Positions 48,610 through 62,160 of a stretch of 64,000 bases of DNA are shown here, in pieces. The number at the start of each line of letters is the position of its first letter. The first letter of the stretch is position 1. The position numbers and the translations under genes are program-made. Below the pieces are notes generated by a model. That model saw nothing but the letters and a program-made list of their open reading frames with translations. It had not been told where the DNA came from and did no database searches. The DNA lies in assembly GCA_024704765.1 (NCBI GenBank), contig JAKMXF010000305.1:286682-350681 (forward strand), in the 5' to 3' direction. The stretch comes from Oopsacas minuta (lineage: Eukaryota; Animalia; Porifera).

Positions 48610-50400
48610 AAGTGTTAACTTCTCCACCATTGTTTAGACTGTTGATTTGTTTCATTTCGAACCTCTGAAATTTTGGATATTGAGCAAACATAGGCTCACT
48701 CTGAATCAAGAGTCTAACGAAGATGTCACTTACATTGACTATAAAAGAACATTTACGAGCAGGTTTCTACCTTAATCTTCTTACATGTTTGTTACGGATT
48801 CCAGGCATTCTTCAGTCAAAGCCTTCATTCCGTAAACGTCATGGAAATCACTGATTAATTCTGAAGAATATGCAAGTAATTTATGATAATACGGTGTTAT
48901 GTTTGCCTAAGGAGATTACAAAGTATTCCTCGTAAGTAAATTTGCAAATGGTGGAGACTTTATCAGTGTTTATCCTTTTATGAGAATTATAGACACGCAA
49001 TATTTCTCAAGCAAGAGATGACGCATTCGATGCATTGAAGTTTTAACTTGATGATGTGAGGCAGCCATTTCTTCATTCCGCATCCAAATGAAATATCACT
49101 AGCATAAGCCAGCGAAAGACACATAAATAACTCTGAAGAGGAGACGCAGAGAAGATGTTCCTGTCAGAAGCTAGTGGATGTGTTGATGCAGAAACCAAAT
49201 TTAACTAGAACTATAGCTTTCAACTGATCTCCCATTACAGTGCAAAGTTGGAAATTTGCCCCTCTAGCTCCCTTTAAGATTCCAGACATCTCCCCATCAA
49301 ACACTGACAATATAATATTCAAGTTAACCTTTCCTTGAGGTAATTCTATTCCTAAATTCTCTAGTTTGCTAGTTTCTGCATTGACCATTTCTTCTATAAT
49401 GTATTTCACGTTGTCATAGTTTTCTTTCTGACATATTAGAGTTACTGTCCTTGATGCGAAAGGTAAATTTGCAGAAGGAATTGACCAAAGGCGATCACCA
49501 TGTTTGTTTGAAATAAATATAAGAATAGAAGATTATGTACATAGATTCGGATTACATTGTATCTGGTTATAAATTCTGTGTTTGCCAGATCAATCTAAAC
49601 CATCTGCAAGTTTGAGAGTTATAGGAAATTGACTGTAAGCTACAGATTGAATTGTTTCTAGTATATGCTCAGGTGTCTTAGTTGGTAGTATGATATGCCA
49701 CCTATTATAGAATATCCAAGCTTATGACGGACAATCAATATTTAATTGACGAGTGAAATATCATAACGAAACTTGGGAATGTTTTTATATGCAGGTAGTC
49801 TGAATTGTTCGGAAAGAGATAATTGGCGAAATTCTGTATATTTCTCTCTCCTATTTCCATGAGATCTAAGTATAGGTTGCTTTAGTCAATGGAAATTATC
49901 TTCTTGAATTTGAAAATGTTCCTTTCATGGCGATTTCTTTTGATTCATTTGAAGTATCACGGTCACAACAATCATTAGATACTAACAGAGGCAGATAGGC
50001 GGTAATTGTTTTGGCATCAACATCTTCTTGATCAGCAACAAATTGGGCCAGATCGAAAAATTTGGACAACCTTTTCTGACAGCTTGGAGCCTAAGCTGAT
50101 GCAGTGGTTTCCTCCTCTCACATGTATCTTCAATAAATACATTTGTATTGTGCAAATATTCAAGGTAGTAGGCCGATTAAAGTTCCTTGAGGTGTTGCTC
50201 CTTCACCACTGAGTTGTAAAACAAGATACTCTCTCATGTGACAAGATCCTTATTCTTCACGAAACTCTCCTCGAGAATCCTTCAGTGCTGTAAATTATCT
50301 GCGTAATACCTCTATATTATTTTTGGAATCTTCATCGATTGGCAAATATGGAACGAGCAGCCTGTCTAATGTTATCATCAAATAATATCAAAAAATTCCA
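48610..50400 (-). mobile_element. Degraded Transib / RAG1-core-like transposase
   Basis: LADGLD*SGKHRIYNQ (D at 49593-49595); SVFDGEM..L.GARGANFQLC (D at 49296-49298); PYYHKLLAYSSELI; LTEECLES.NKHVRR (E at 48799-48801); RKCSF..NVSDIFVRLLIQSEP. Many stops and frameshifts; termini unresolved. Confidence 0.82.
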
Positions 50401-52011
50401 TGCGTCTTTTGTTATCCATTTGATAATGGTTTATGCTTTGAATACGACAATGATGAATTTGATTTATTTACTTTGGTTGTATTATTTATAATCGATGGGA
50501 GACTAAAATTTCATCAGATATTGAAAAGGAATGCAAGGATATTTGTTTGAAACTTTATCATTTCCATAAATATTTCACTATGTATCCTTGGAATGCACTA
50601 ATTTTCAGGACATTAGTTGTTTCTAGATAGTATCATATGGTTTTTCAATTGCATTAGTGCATTCCAATCTTCAGACAAGCAAATAGCAAATATAATATTA
50701 ATATTAAAATTCCTCTAGAAGGTGAGTTTTGTCCGAAAATTAACCTCGCATTTTTCCATTAGTGTTATGGTCTCGGTCGCTACGTTTCGCTAGCCTATAT
50801 TTAGTAAAATCTTGAATGCAAACATCTTCTCTAATTGTTTCAACCATAAAACCATGCGACCTCGAGTGCCCTCAAAATGTTTTTAACAATTTCTATTAAG
50901 TTCATCCTAATATGATATGTATTTACTACTTGGATAATATTGGTCTTGATCATATCATTTTGTAACAGTCAAACGATTTTCTATGATGAATTTATAGAAA
51001 AGCTATAATGATGAAAATATAAACAACACGTGCATGTTCCACTCCAACTAACTCTTGGAAAATGTCTTTGAAAGTACGATTATTAGAATGAACAACATTC
51101 TTCAATATCATGAGAATAATAACTATATTTTTTGCTCATAACACAGTCATGAGCAAGCTAAAGTTTTTATCAAAATACACAATTATAAGTTTTCAACTAT
51201 GATGAAATCAGAAATAACATTTTCTTGGAGTTTGAGTATCAACTTTTCTACCCTACTCAACCATGTTTCCCCATTGTATGTTCTTTTGGTCCCATTTATC
51301 CCTTACATGAAATTAAATCTGAAGTTAGCGAACACTTCAACATATTTGCAATTATCTTTAACATGTCTCACTGACACATTTTCATAAATACAAAATTTTG
51401 AGACCCCAGCTAGGTTAATATCACCATCAGAAAATTTGCTCCACCGCTGCCAGGGCCTCCTTGTGAGGGGGGAACGTCATTAGTCCTACTCCACATGTAG
51501 GCGTTAGTCCTAATTCTGATTTAGAGATGTTAGTCCTACCTATAAAATTGCTATTTTATCTTTTTCAATATCTTTCTGTTGATGATATGTGTAAAGTAAG
51601 TAATTCCATTGGCTAATCGAGTATGCTAATTTCGATTGTTAGACTTTCGAATTATTCAGAAGTAAATTTATTAGATGATTCTATGAATTTAAGTAAACAA
51701 ATAGTAAAAAACTCGAAATATACTTAGAGACCTACAAAGTTATTACATGCAGAGAAGTCGGAAACAGGGCAGCTGAGGCGACCTTGGCTGCTCCACTTTT
51801 TTGTATGAAATAATCTTAGTTATATCGGCCATGAATCACCACAGACGTCTCTCCACCAAATACAGTTCAGTGTTTCTATAATTAATACAAACTTTCATGC
51901 GAATATTCATAACTATTATACATTTCATACTTGCAAAGTTCAAAAATATTTGTGTTATATCCATGTAATGAGCTCTCATTTTCCGTTTGAACTTGCCACA
52001 ACTTTGTACAT

Positions 52012-54334
52012 CAGTGTTTCCCAACCTTTACAGATTTAAAGTCCCCTTATAGACTTAATATTTACAGAACGCCCCCTATTTAATACTTCATTGAATCAGT
52101 TTTTATTTACTGACTATATAGAAATATTAAACATAGATTGATAGGGTATCTAGGGACTAATCTAAGTATCAGTATACGTTGGAACATGTGATCCTTGACT
52201 TTGGTGGCTCTTGGCTAGTTTGACTACATCCGGTTCTAACTGCGTCAGAAAGAGTCTCAAGTCGCCTCTTGTTGCTATTTCCAGTCGATTTCTTTGTTTT
52301 GTGAGCAGATAACTACTGTGCTGAATCCCTTTTCGACAAGATATGATAATGGAAATGCAACAAACATCAATTTTACAGTTTAAAAAATATGGGAATAGCG
52401 TTCAGAGACTTCCTTCTTCATCCAGAATGCTCTATATCCACATTGGGTGAATATGGCATTGCATTCGATATCATTCTGCAAATCGATGAATTCTTCTTGA
52501 AATTGTGGATCCAAAGTTTCTATAATGTTCTAAATGGATTTATCACAAAATTAAGGATAACTAACTTGGTTAAATCTTTGAATCGAGTCAACAAATCTTC
52601 GCTAAGGGAATCAACATGCGAACAGTAAATATGAATGTTGTCATCTGTAATGATATTATTATTTGCCATATCCAGTTCACTTAAACAAGGTAACCGCCCA
52701 AATTCACGATCGCAATATTCTGTCGGAACAAGGTTAGTTTACTTAAGAATGATAGAACAACGCCCTTCGCTTGAATAAGAGTAGTATTATTCCCTTGTAG
52801 CTGCTTATTCACTATATTCAGTTTCTCGAATAGGTCGGCTAAGTAAGCAACATCAGTCCTTATCATTTTAACCATTTCTGCCAGAGTTGAATCGTATTCT
52901 TCTAGTAACTCGACTATAGAATCAAACTGTTGATGGAATCGTTTCAAACAATTACCTTTAGAAAGCCACCTAACTTTAGTATGGAGAAGGAGGAGTTTAT
53001 CATCTTCATCATTGTTTTCACAAAGTTGCTGAAAGATGCGATCATCAGTGAGTTCTTTTTGATTTTGTTCGTAGCAGTAATCACGATTTGCAAAGACTGG
53101 TGAAGATTAGGTGTTAGGTGCTTGGCGATCAAATGTTGACGATGTATGACACAATGAATAGAGAAAACCTTCGGCACAGCTCGTTTCAGATGAGCTATGA
53201 AACCACGATGACGTCCAATTATTGAACATGTTACATCAGTAGCACACGCAATAATATTTCCCATTGGTATGTTCCTCTCTTCACAAAATTGCTTTACCAC
53301 CATAAATATTGTCTCACCTTTAGTATCTGTTTCTAGTGGCTTGGAGAAGAGCATTTCTTCTTTTGATACACCATTGTGAATATATCGTACATATGCCATA
53401 AGTAAGGCTTCATTGTCACATAAAGTTGACTCATCAAGCTGCAAAGCGAATTCCGTTGTTTGTAAAACTTCACACAACTGTTGTTCAACATCTATAGCCA
53501 ATTCTTCGATCCTCCTCGAAACTGAGTTATTACTTAAGGGAATTGATCTAACTACACTAGATGCATCTTGATACATGACAGTAGATATAACCTCTCTTAT
53601 AGCTGGAAGGATGAGCTTGTCACCTATTGTATGAAGCTTTCCACTTTTGGCGATTAAAAGAGATATATTGTAAGAAGCAACAAGACCATCGTCATTTTTA
53701 GTAGTAATTTTGTTAATCATTCCATCTATGGAACTACGATTTGCAAACTGCTTGCTTAAAGTCAGGAAATATTTGAGATCCTTCTCTTTCTTATCAGGGT
53801 GTTTCTTCGTCAAATGGCCGCACATACGTGAAGGTTTCATGCCCTCATTAGAGAACACTTGATTGCAGAGCAAACAAAAGGGTAATTGTTGATTAGTAGG
53901 TGAAGCGATGAAACCAAATTTCAGAAAATCTATGGAGTGTTGATGGCATTTTTTCTTGGGATTTTCAGCCATGATTGGATATGCAAGAAAAATCGTGTCT
54001 ATTATTGAGGTAATTATTGAAATAACATGGTATGATCACTTTTATAACTTCTTTGTTAGGAAGCCGTCTGAACTGTTAATTCAAAACAAAGAAACAATAC
54101 CATTGAAAGCATTGATTGATTGTAAATGGTGAATACTTAGCTCTTCTTGTGGGCAACGTGCTAGAATTGTCATTATGGGTGAAGTGCACAACATATTAAT
54201 GATACAATAGTATTTCGCAAAATTTACAGATGCTAAAATAAATCTTCATCCAACGGCTCATTATCTTGTCAGCGCCCCCTGAGGCAAAGTAAACCCCCCT
54301 CGGAGGGCTTCTAAGCCCCCGTTGGGAACCACTG
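52012..54334 (-). mobile_element. Buster-type hAT element (ZBED5/SCAND3-like transposase), frameshifted and internally deleted
   Basis: TIRs CAGTG(G/T)TTCCCAAC; 8-bp target duplication TTGTACAT / GTGTACAT with central TA. ORF 52944-53972 has a BED finger (CLLC...HLTKKH), LQLDES and IHCVIHRQHL; C-terminus RGDLRLFLTQLEPD...SH. Confidence 0.95.
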
Positions 54335-55226
54335 GTGTACATTGTCAAAATATTTCGCTGGCTGCGCTCGAAAGCGGAAAATATTCAGTACTTGTATTTC
54401 AGTACAGAAAATCAATGTACAATCGAATAAGAACTGTTGATTTTCACAACATAATGTACATCTTTATGAGTTTAGGTTATTGGACTCATAATCAGCAAGC
54501 TTGTCTCAAATAAAACTCATCAACAAACCTATTAAGTCACTGTACGTCTGCACAGAGCAACAGGAATAGGCAAAATCCTTCTACGGTTAGCCATAGCAGT
54601 AAGTATATACCATACTTGCCAACTGTCCCGAATGTCCCAATTGGTTTATAAATTCTAAAGCAATTAATATAACGAGATAGAATTGACTTCTAAAATTACT
54701 TGACACAATGTACAAGTAATTTCCAGTTTTGATAATCCAAGTGTAAGACTTAATATTGTATAACGAGGGCCAGCCTAAAAACTTAACCCGGGCCCGTTCT
54801 GGCTATTGACGGCCCCTGCCTAGATGCTTCAGAAAATTCGAGTTGAAGCAAGACCCGGCAAGACTAGACACTAAGAAAAAGGTGAATTTGGCAGCAAAAC
54901 AAATCAAAATCTGATATCTCATCATGAGCTTTCGCAAGGCAATTATACAACTAAAAATGCTTCTTCCAAAAGTTATTAAGGAAAGTTCAGTGTTTTAATG
55001 CTTAATTGGTGTATAAATGACAAAGGAAGTCATTGATTTGAAATCTATAGTTGGTATGAATAGAATGTCGACGCATTTCTGTGTTCTAAGAACAGGCGTT
55101 TTCATTTGTTGAAATTAAAACTAAGAAACTATGAATGCAAATAGTCAACTTCCCATTGACCAATAAAATATTTCATTTGATTTCAGATAATATTTGAGAT
55201 ATTTTGACATTTCTTAAATATAAATA

Positions 55227-55389
55227 CAGGGGTATTTTTAGGAGAATTTCAGGAGGGGCAGCTCAAAGTTCCATGAATTAGAGAGAGGCATAGTTTGTAG
55301 CTAAAGTGCATAACATGACCATAGCTCAGGGGGGGACATTTTTCCCCCCCCCCCCCCCCCCTCCTCATATCATCCAGAAAAAAACCCTG
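55227..55389. mobile_element. Small MITE containing G and C homopolymer tracts
   Basis: CAGGGGTATTTTT...AAAAAAACCCTG inverted ends flanked by TA; internal G run followed by a long C run. Confidence 0.5.
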
Positions 55390-55609
55390 TAATTATGACT
55401 GGGATCTATATAGCATTTGTCTAAATGTGTCAAAAAGTATTTACAAAAAGCAAATCAACTATATTGCTAGTGATAGGAAGATGAATATTACAGAACTTCT
55501 GGTATATTATTTAGAGCATAGCTCTCATAGTTCCTGAGTTATAGCATAAACAAACAGAAATACAAGAGTGTGTTCATATTCCACTCATATAGACCATTGT
55601 TTTTAAATA

Positions 55610-55682
55610 CAGTCAACTTGTTTATAACGGCCATCAAACACTAGCCATTATATACAGGTGGCCTCAATAGAGAGGTTGACCG
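55610..55682. mobile_element. 73-bp pogo-type MITE
   Basis: TA|CAGTCAAC...GTTGACCG|TA. Confidence 0.6.
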
Positions 55683-58244
55683 TATACACTACTAGTGTTG
55701 CACAATGTGGCAAAATTACGATTATGAGGTAATAAGTACTTACAGTGAAGATATATGTTAAAATGCTGTCATATATAGTAAATCGACACTGTAGATTTCA
55801 AAGATGACACCAGATTTTTACCTGCACTACTGGAAATGGGACTATGACATAATCTGTGGTACTGGGATATAATCAATAATTATCTTTCAAGAATAAATGA
55901 GTTCTAATTTTTTGAGTGTTTTATACCAGCCAGCCCTATATATCAATAAACTTGAATAACAATGCGTATACTGAACTCATTTACGCATTGGATACCTCGT
56001 AAAATGAAACTAATGGATTAGAATTACAGTAATTAGAAAATTTCATAATGAAAATAAAATTTTTCGATAATACAATTCATCCGAATGGGTTTGCCCCATA
56101 CACTTAATGTCAAGAAAAATATAAGTCGGCGCCTTTGGGCGGGTCTAGAAATTATTGAAAATGAAAATTAGAAAGACATAATACCTGAAATTTTCAACTA
56201 TTCAACGCGCAATTGTTTGCATTGCAAGATCGGGGGGCTAAAAGGTAGGTCAAGGAGCTGAAATATGGATAAAAATAGACAACTATAAATGCTTGAGAAT
56301 GAAAAATAAGTTTCAATTTGTTTTGCAAACGAGTTAAAATTATTCACATAATACATACGAATACTGATAAATGCCATTGAATTAGTAAAAATCTTGGAAT
56401 GCTGAATTATTACAAGGGTATTTGAAGAATATATATTTGTGGTTTTCAGGGTTTCAAAGTTCAAATTTAAGCCTAAGTTTAAAACCTTGGTTAGACATGT
56501 TATAAGTTCATTAAGTAACTAATAATAGCATATTTCTGGGTTTGAAATAGTGTAGAATCGAATGCACACATTAGTTTTGGTAAATAGCGAAGTCAATTAA
56601 TCACCTATTACCGCATAGATCCGCACTGTGTGTTGTAGTAACCTTATGTTAATGGTGGTGATATAGAGAAGTTGGCATTTAAGACAAGTGAACGATATTT
56701 AAGATAATATAGTGGAATTAGTTAATAATGGTCACCCAAGGGGCATGTCAAGGCACACTAACGGGATGCGACCACTATATAAAGTGGCCATTATATACAG
56801 GTTTAGCGCCAGTAAGGGACCAAAAATGGTGGCCGCATACAGAGGTCGTTATAATGGGAGATAAGAGGGGACTGTTTTTAGGTGGCAGTTAGGTTTGACT
56901 GTATACTATTGGTCTCAGTCATATTATAGAACTGTCAAGCATTAAAACTTTAACAATTCGGAAAGCAGCATTTTTCGTCTAAAAATAGCTCTTACCGATC
57001 TCGTACATATGGTTGCATAACAGGGAATAGAGATATTTATGAAGAAAACATTATATGCACCCATAAGCATAAAATGTGATTTGGATAAAGGGTAAGAATA
57101 TTGAAATGAAACTGAACTAAAACTTCCAAATTAAGTTTATGAATCAACTACTGCGGAATATAGTTCGCCTTTCATGAAAGATCATGCAATATGCAGACTC
57201 GTAACCAATTATAAACTAGCAACTAATACACTAAGCAAAAGTAAGAAGCTATTTAACAAGGATTGATAGATATTTTGGCCCTTTTGGAGGTCATTTCTTA
57301 TTACCTCTCTTAGAATCAAAATTTCTAATGTAAGTAAACGAGTAGTATTTACTTTCTTCATTCATTAAGAAAAGAGTTACAGCAAAGGATTCTTGATGCA
57401 TACTAATACTGTTTCCAGGAATGATCTTTAAAAAATTTCAATTAATGTCATAAGCACTTGAATTTGAATAGATACAAAGATCATGATTGTTCTTTGAAGA
57501 ATATTGGTGAATCTGTATTTTCGGAAGCAATTTCAGATCAGAAACAATGACCGATTACAGAGGTAATCAGGATAACACAGGTTTCGGTTTATGCAGGTTC
57601 TACTGTATCGAATTAGCGACATGAAATATTCATAAAATAGGAAAAAAACACGGATTCCGCATACTTTAAATCTATACCAGAAAAGCTTATCTCGGTTAGG
57701 TACTTAATACAGATCTTGCATCACTCAATTGCTAAGAAATTGGACTAGAGCAGTACGTCAGTTTTCGAAACTGATGGGATCGGGGGTTCGAGTAACTAGA
57801 ACGTTCGGAAAATTACATTCTACTGTATTATACACCAGGCGTTGTTAGATAATTAAGCATATAAATTATGTAATAGATTAAATTCAGAGATGTCCATTAA
57901 TTGGGTCAAACAGTTGTTTTCAGGTATATTACCATATTTAAGACAGTGTCGCCAGTACCCATAAGCATATATTCATTGGTTTCGGGTTAGAGAAAGAAAG
58001 AATTTATAGTAGTAGGTGGCTGTAAACTGACGTATTCTGATAACTGAAATTCTACTGTAGCTTTATTAAATCAATAAGGAATTATAGAAAATAAATACAC
58101 AAATTCAATATATAGGCAATTCCTTCGTTCTGAATAGACGCGTATGAAATATTCCCATATTCCTGCATTGCTAGGGACGATTATGAACTGTCAATGGATA
58201 ATGAATATTGAAAATACTGTGAATGTAAAACAAATGGAATTTAC

Positions 58245-58495
58245 CTCATTAAACGGAGAAATGCTAATGAAAATGGTTTTTCATCCTTATCGTTATTGGA
58301 TTTGTGCCGAAATAGGAATTCTATATATGAATTGCTGTAATCATCAGCAGGCAGACTAAGCTTTATTACATCATTCCACACTGGATGCCCGTTATGATAA
58401 AAAACAGTGGAAAAATAGGTAGTAAGTGGTGGTTCACCATTTCCCGGAAATATACTATCTTGAATAACTGAACCATCACTTCGCTTAACTTGAAC
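58245..58495 (-). CDS. DOCK: DOCK exon, core of DHR-1/C2 domain
   Basis: Missed by the ORF track. Encodes VQVKRSDGSVIQDSIFPGNGEPPLTTYFSTVFYHNGHPVWNDVIKLSLPADDYSNSYIEFLFRHKSNNDKDEKPFSLAFLRLM(R), colinear with DOCK1 ...IFPGAG...YKSVIYYQVKQPRWFETVK...FRHRS...FALAFVKLMR. Acceptor catttag|GTT, donor AG|gtaaat; 251 nt = 83 codons + 2 nt. Confidence 0.93.
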
Positions 58496-60915
58496 CTAAA
58501 TGGAATAAGAGAAAGTGATAACAAATCTAATCATCAGGATGAATAAATATACAGAATGAGTATATAGCAAAATTTCCTGATGGTTCAGAACAAAATTGTT
58601 ACACGGATAAAATTAAGAAATGATATTTCCATACAATGAAAACGCAATACATCTGAATATACATATATGTTTGTATATTCAGGGTTGATTGAAGAAACTG
58701 GAGGAACACCAGGGATGATTGTCCTATACAGGGGTATTTTGGGCCTGGCGCGGACAAGTTAGAGCCTTGGAAGAAATTCACACCTATAACAAAATTATGA
58801 CGTAATTGTCACCTTCTGGGATTATCGAAAAATCACATTATTAACCATTACTCAGCAAATATACATGATAGAAGTTTGAAATTTGAATCACAGGTACACC
58901 TCAATGCGACAAATGTCCTGAAGCTATTATTCTGAACAAAAGCTAAATCATCATGGGATTATTACGTCATCATTACTGTACAAAAAAATCAAAAATAATA
59001 AATCCCGAGGCAGGTAGTGCCGAGTAAATCCCATCTCGTAACTACCAAGAGCATCAAAAAATGTAGTTGTTTAATAATTGAGCTAACCCAAGCTCCTAAG
59101 CTGTCGCACAGCGACAGCTTGTAAGCGAAGCACGCAAGTTAACCTTAATATCCTCCATCACTGATAGATATCTTACTTAATGATCTTGCTAAGTATCTTA
59201 TTGGTTAGTAAGTAATCTATAGATATTGTGTGCATAAAATACAGTAAATAACGCTTCCATTTTCACTATATCGTAAAAGATTATTGGATCAATTAAACAT
59301 TTAAGCATATGGAACACTGGATCCCCTTTAACATTTGCTTATTAGTATTGAGAATATTCCTGATACGGTGTCCCAAATATTGTCAAAGAACAGAAAACAT
59401 ATGGTAAAACTGGTGTCAGGTGAGTATAATTCAATAAAGTATCTACTATAATATGGATCGAAATATATACAGTAATTGAATTCATATGTGGGAATGATTG
59501 ATGTGCTGGTAAGATTAGCGGATGTTAGAATGTAATAAATATGTGAAGAAGTTAGATGTTCTAAGGTATGATGTATAACTTAATATATGGGGTTGGCCAC
59601 TACTGCAAAACCGGATACATCATCCATTAAAGTGTTAGTTTATCAAAAATCAGAATTACTAATTTATATATAGAAAATATCTGGGAGCGTATTACAAGAC
59701 TTCAGATATATTGCTGGGAAATCCGACATTTCGTTCCACGACATTTCGCTTCACTTTTGACTGGTCAATTTCTGTAAACAATTTAACAGGTTTCACATGG
59801 CTAAATAATTGAACTAATTTCTTGTCCTGAATTCGTATGGTTAACTCTAACTTAAATTAAATTGCTTTGCATAATTTGCTAAATAGATCAACCAAGTAGC
59901 TTGTATAGATTCATTTAGAATGTGGCTAAAATATACATAGCAGTTATCACAAACTGGTACAACTAGAAGAGCAGTTAACTAGATCTTATTGCATTTGTTT
60001 CAAACAATTTTGGCATCCTGGCGAATTCGGTGGATGCTAAAACCTGTTTTCGGAGCCCGCTTCTTTGTCCTGGTTGAATTCCAAATTTCCAAAGACATCA
60101 ACATTAATGTATCTGCACTATTACAAACACCCCATAATTCCAACTTCCAGCCATTTATTAGTACCAAATTATATTGATAACCCCGGAATTACGGTTATTT
60201 ACCCGAGTCCAAGAGTGGCCGTAATTCAGATGTTCCACTGTAATATATGTGTCTGTGTGTTCATTCGAAATTACTTCCTTGTTCACACCTGTGTAATTTG
60301 GAGGGGTTAAGACCAGATTTGGTATGTATACTCGCAATGGGATCTAAATGTGTGCGGTTATAGAAGTGCTGTGCAACACGCCCAATGTTGTTTTGCCACT
60401 GTTGACTAAAAACATTGTTTATTGATTATATATGTATACAGCCCACGGGGACAATATACGATGCAACAAAGCTGCGTCGTATAAGGTGTGCCTTATTTAT
60501 GTAGGCGAGATTTTATATAAACCAGCAACTTTTGCCTGCGGTTTATGATCACACTATTAGAGGAAACCAGGCCTGACTAAGTCAATGTAGAGATGGACAA
60601 TTAGAAATGTTTTAAGTACATATTTCATTACTTTTGTCGAGATCTTACTAAGCCAAAGCTCTTTATAAATCCTAGTTTCCAGGGTAAATATGCACCACTT
60701 GTATTATGAATAAGGAACTTGAAGAAATACAATTAATGAATTAAACATATATCTAATACCAAATAGAAGACTAAACTAAATAAATAGAAGCTTGAAGACT
60801 AAACTAAGTTCTACTTGGGTGCAGCTACTACATCTCGGCCAATGTCCACTACAATTGTTAGCTGCACCGTCAGGAATGAGGAGGAAATAGGGAGAGAGGT
60901 AGGAGAGTTGAAGAA

Positions 60916-62160
60916 ATGATACATTGGCAGTGCGAGCAGAAAGGAGAGTGTAAAGCAAGGGTTCATACGAAGGGAATGAAGATAGTGAAGCGTACGAATG
61001 AGCATCTGCATGCACCTGATGTGCAGGCTACGTCCTACTGTGAGATAAAGACAGCCATCAAGAGGAAAGCACGGGACACACAGGATAGCTCACACCACAT
61101 AATCGGTGAGTGTATGCTAACAGCACCAGAGGGTACTGCTGCTAAACTACCTAAGCTGGACAACCTGAAGCGGACGCTACAGCGTCAGCGTGCAAGTGTA
61201 TTATCAGCTCCAGTGCAGCCTATCGCCATAGCAGAGTTGGTTCCACCTGCAGAATACCAGCGGACAGCCAAGGGGGAACAGTTCCTACGCTATGACTCTG
61301 GGGAAGACGATGCACATAGATTTCTTATCTTCGGGACACAACGCAACCTCGGGATGCTACAGCAAAGCAAGATCTGGCTAGATGATGGCACCTTCAAGAC
61401 GGCGCCCCCTCTTCGCCCAGGTGTATGTGGTGCATGGACTCCGCGGAGGAGACGATCCTATGAAGACTGGTCATCTGTTGCCGAGCCTGTTAGTGCTACT
61501 GCCCAACAAGACAGAGGATACCTACCGTAGGATATGGGAGCAGATCCGCCTACTCTATCCTCTTGCCCAGTCTGACAGATGCTCCGGACTTTGAGAAGGG
61601 CGCAATTAACAGCTTTGAGCATGTCTGGCCTAACACAGAAGTGAAGTGCTGCTTCTTCCATCTCACACAGAATATCTAACGTCATGTGCAGTCTGTAGGG
61701 TTACAGCCTGCCTACACACATGACGAAGAGCTGACCATGCGCATCCGGAAGATACCAGCCCTTACATTCGCTCGACCAGCAGACGTACCGATCTGTTTGA
61801 GCAAGTATCGATGGACCTCCCCCTTACGTCTGAGATAGGCGAGCTAGTGGACTACTTTGAGAGGACGTATATCGGTCGCACGCTAGCCAGTGGATACTAT
61901 TTAGCGGCGACGTTTCCCATTGACCTGTGGAACTACCACTTCAGCCCGTCCTACGGACTCCCCGGTACGACCAACGCCGTAGAGGCATGGCACCGCAGCT
62001 TCAATGCCACTGTCGGCTGCCATCACTCCACCATATGGAAGTTTCTCCTAGCCCTCAAGCGTGAGCAGGGGCTAGTGGAGGTGCGGCAGACTAACTACCT
62101 TGCTGGGAAGCCGCCACCAAACGGAGGAGGTCTCAGCAGAGTGAGGAAACATTGAAGACT
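60916..62160 (+). mobile_element. FLYWCH-MULE transposase relic, GC-rich
   Basis: HWQCEQKGECKARVH...NEHLH; WLDDGTFKTAPPLFAQVYVVH; LLPNKTEDTYRR; CCFFHLTQNI; LVDYFERTYIG; TTNAVEAWH. Frameshifts near 61410 and 61570 and a stop near 61678. Possible left TIR with repeated ACATTTCG at about 59715-59757. Confidence 0.93.

Noticed and set aside
47900-51500. RAG2-like partner gene or true RSS pair beside the Transib relic
   Set aside because: No kelch-like ORF and no heptamer-spacer-nonamer arrangement could be recognised.
55325-55365. G and C homopolymer tracts as a regulatory G-quadruplex
   Set aside because: They are explained as internal sequence of a small MITE, with no evidence of function.
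56120-56150. CGCC-tttg-GGCG hairpin followed by CTAG as a Helitron end
   Set aside because: The stem is only 4 bp and CTAG is followed by A rather than T; too weak.
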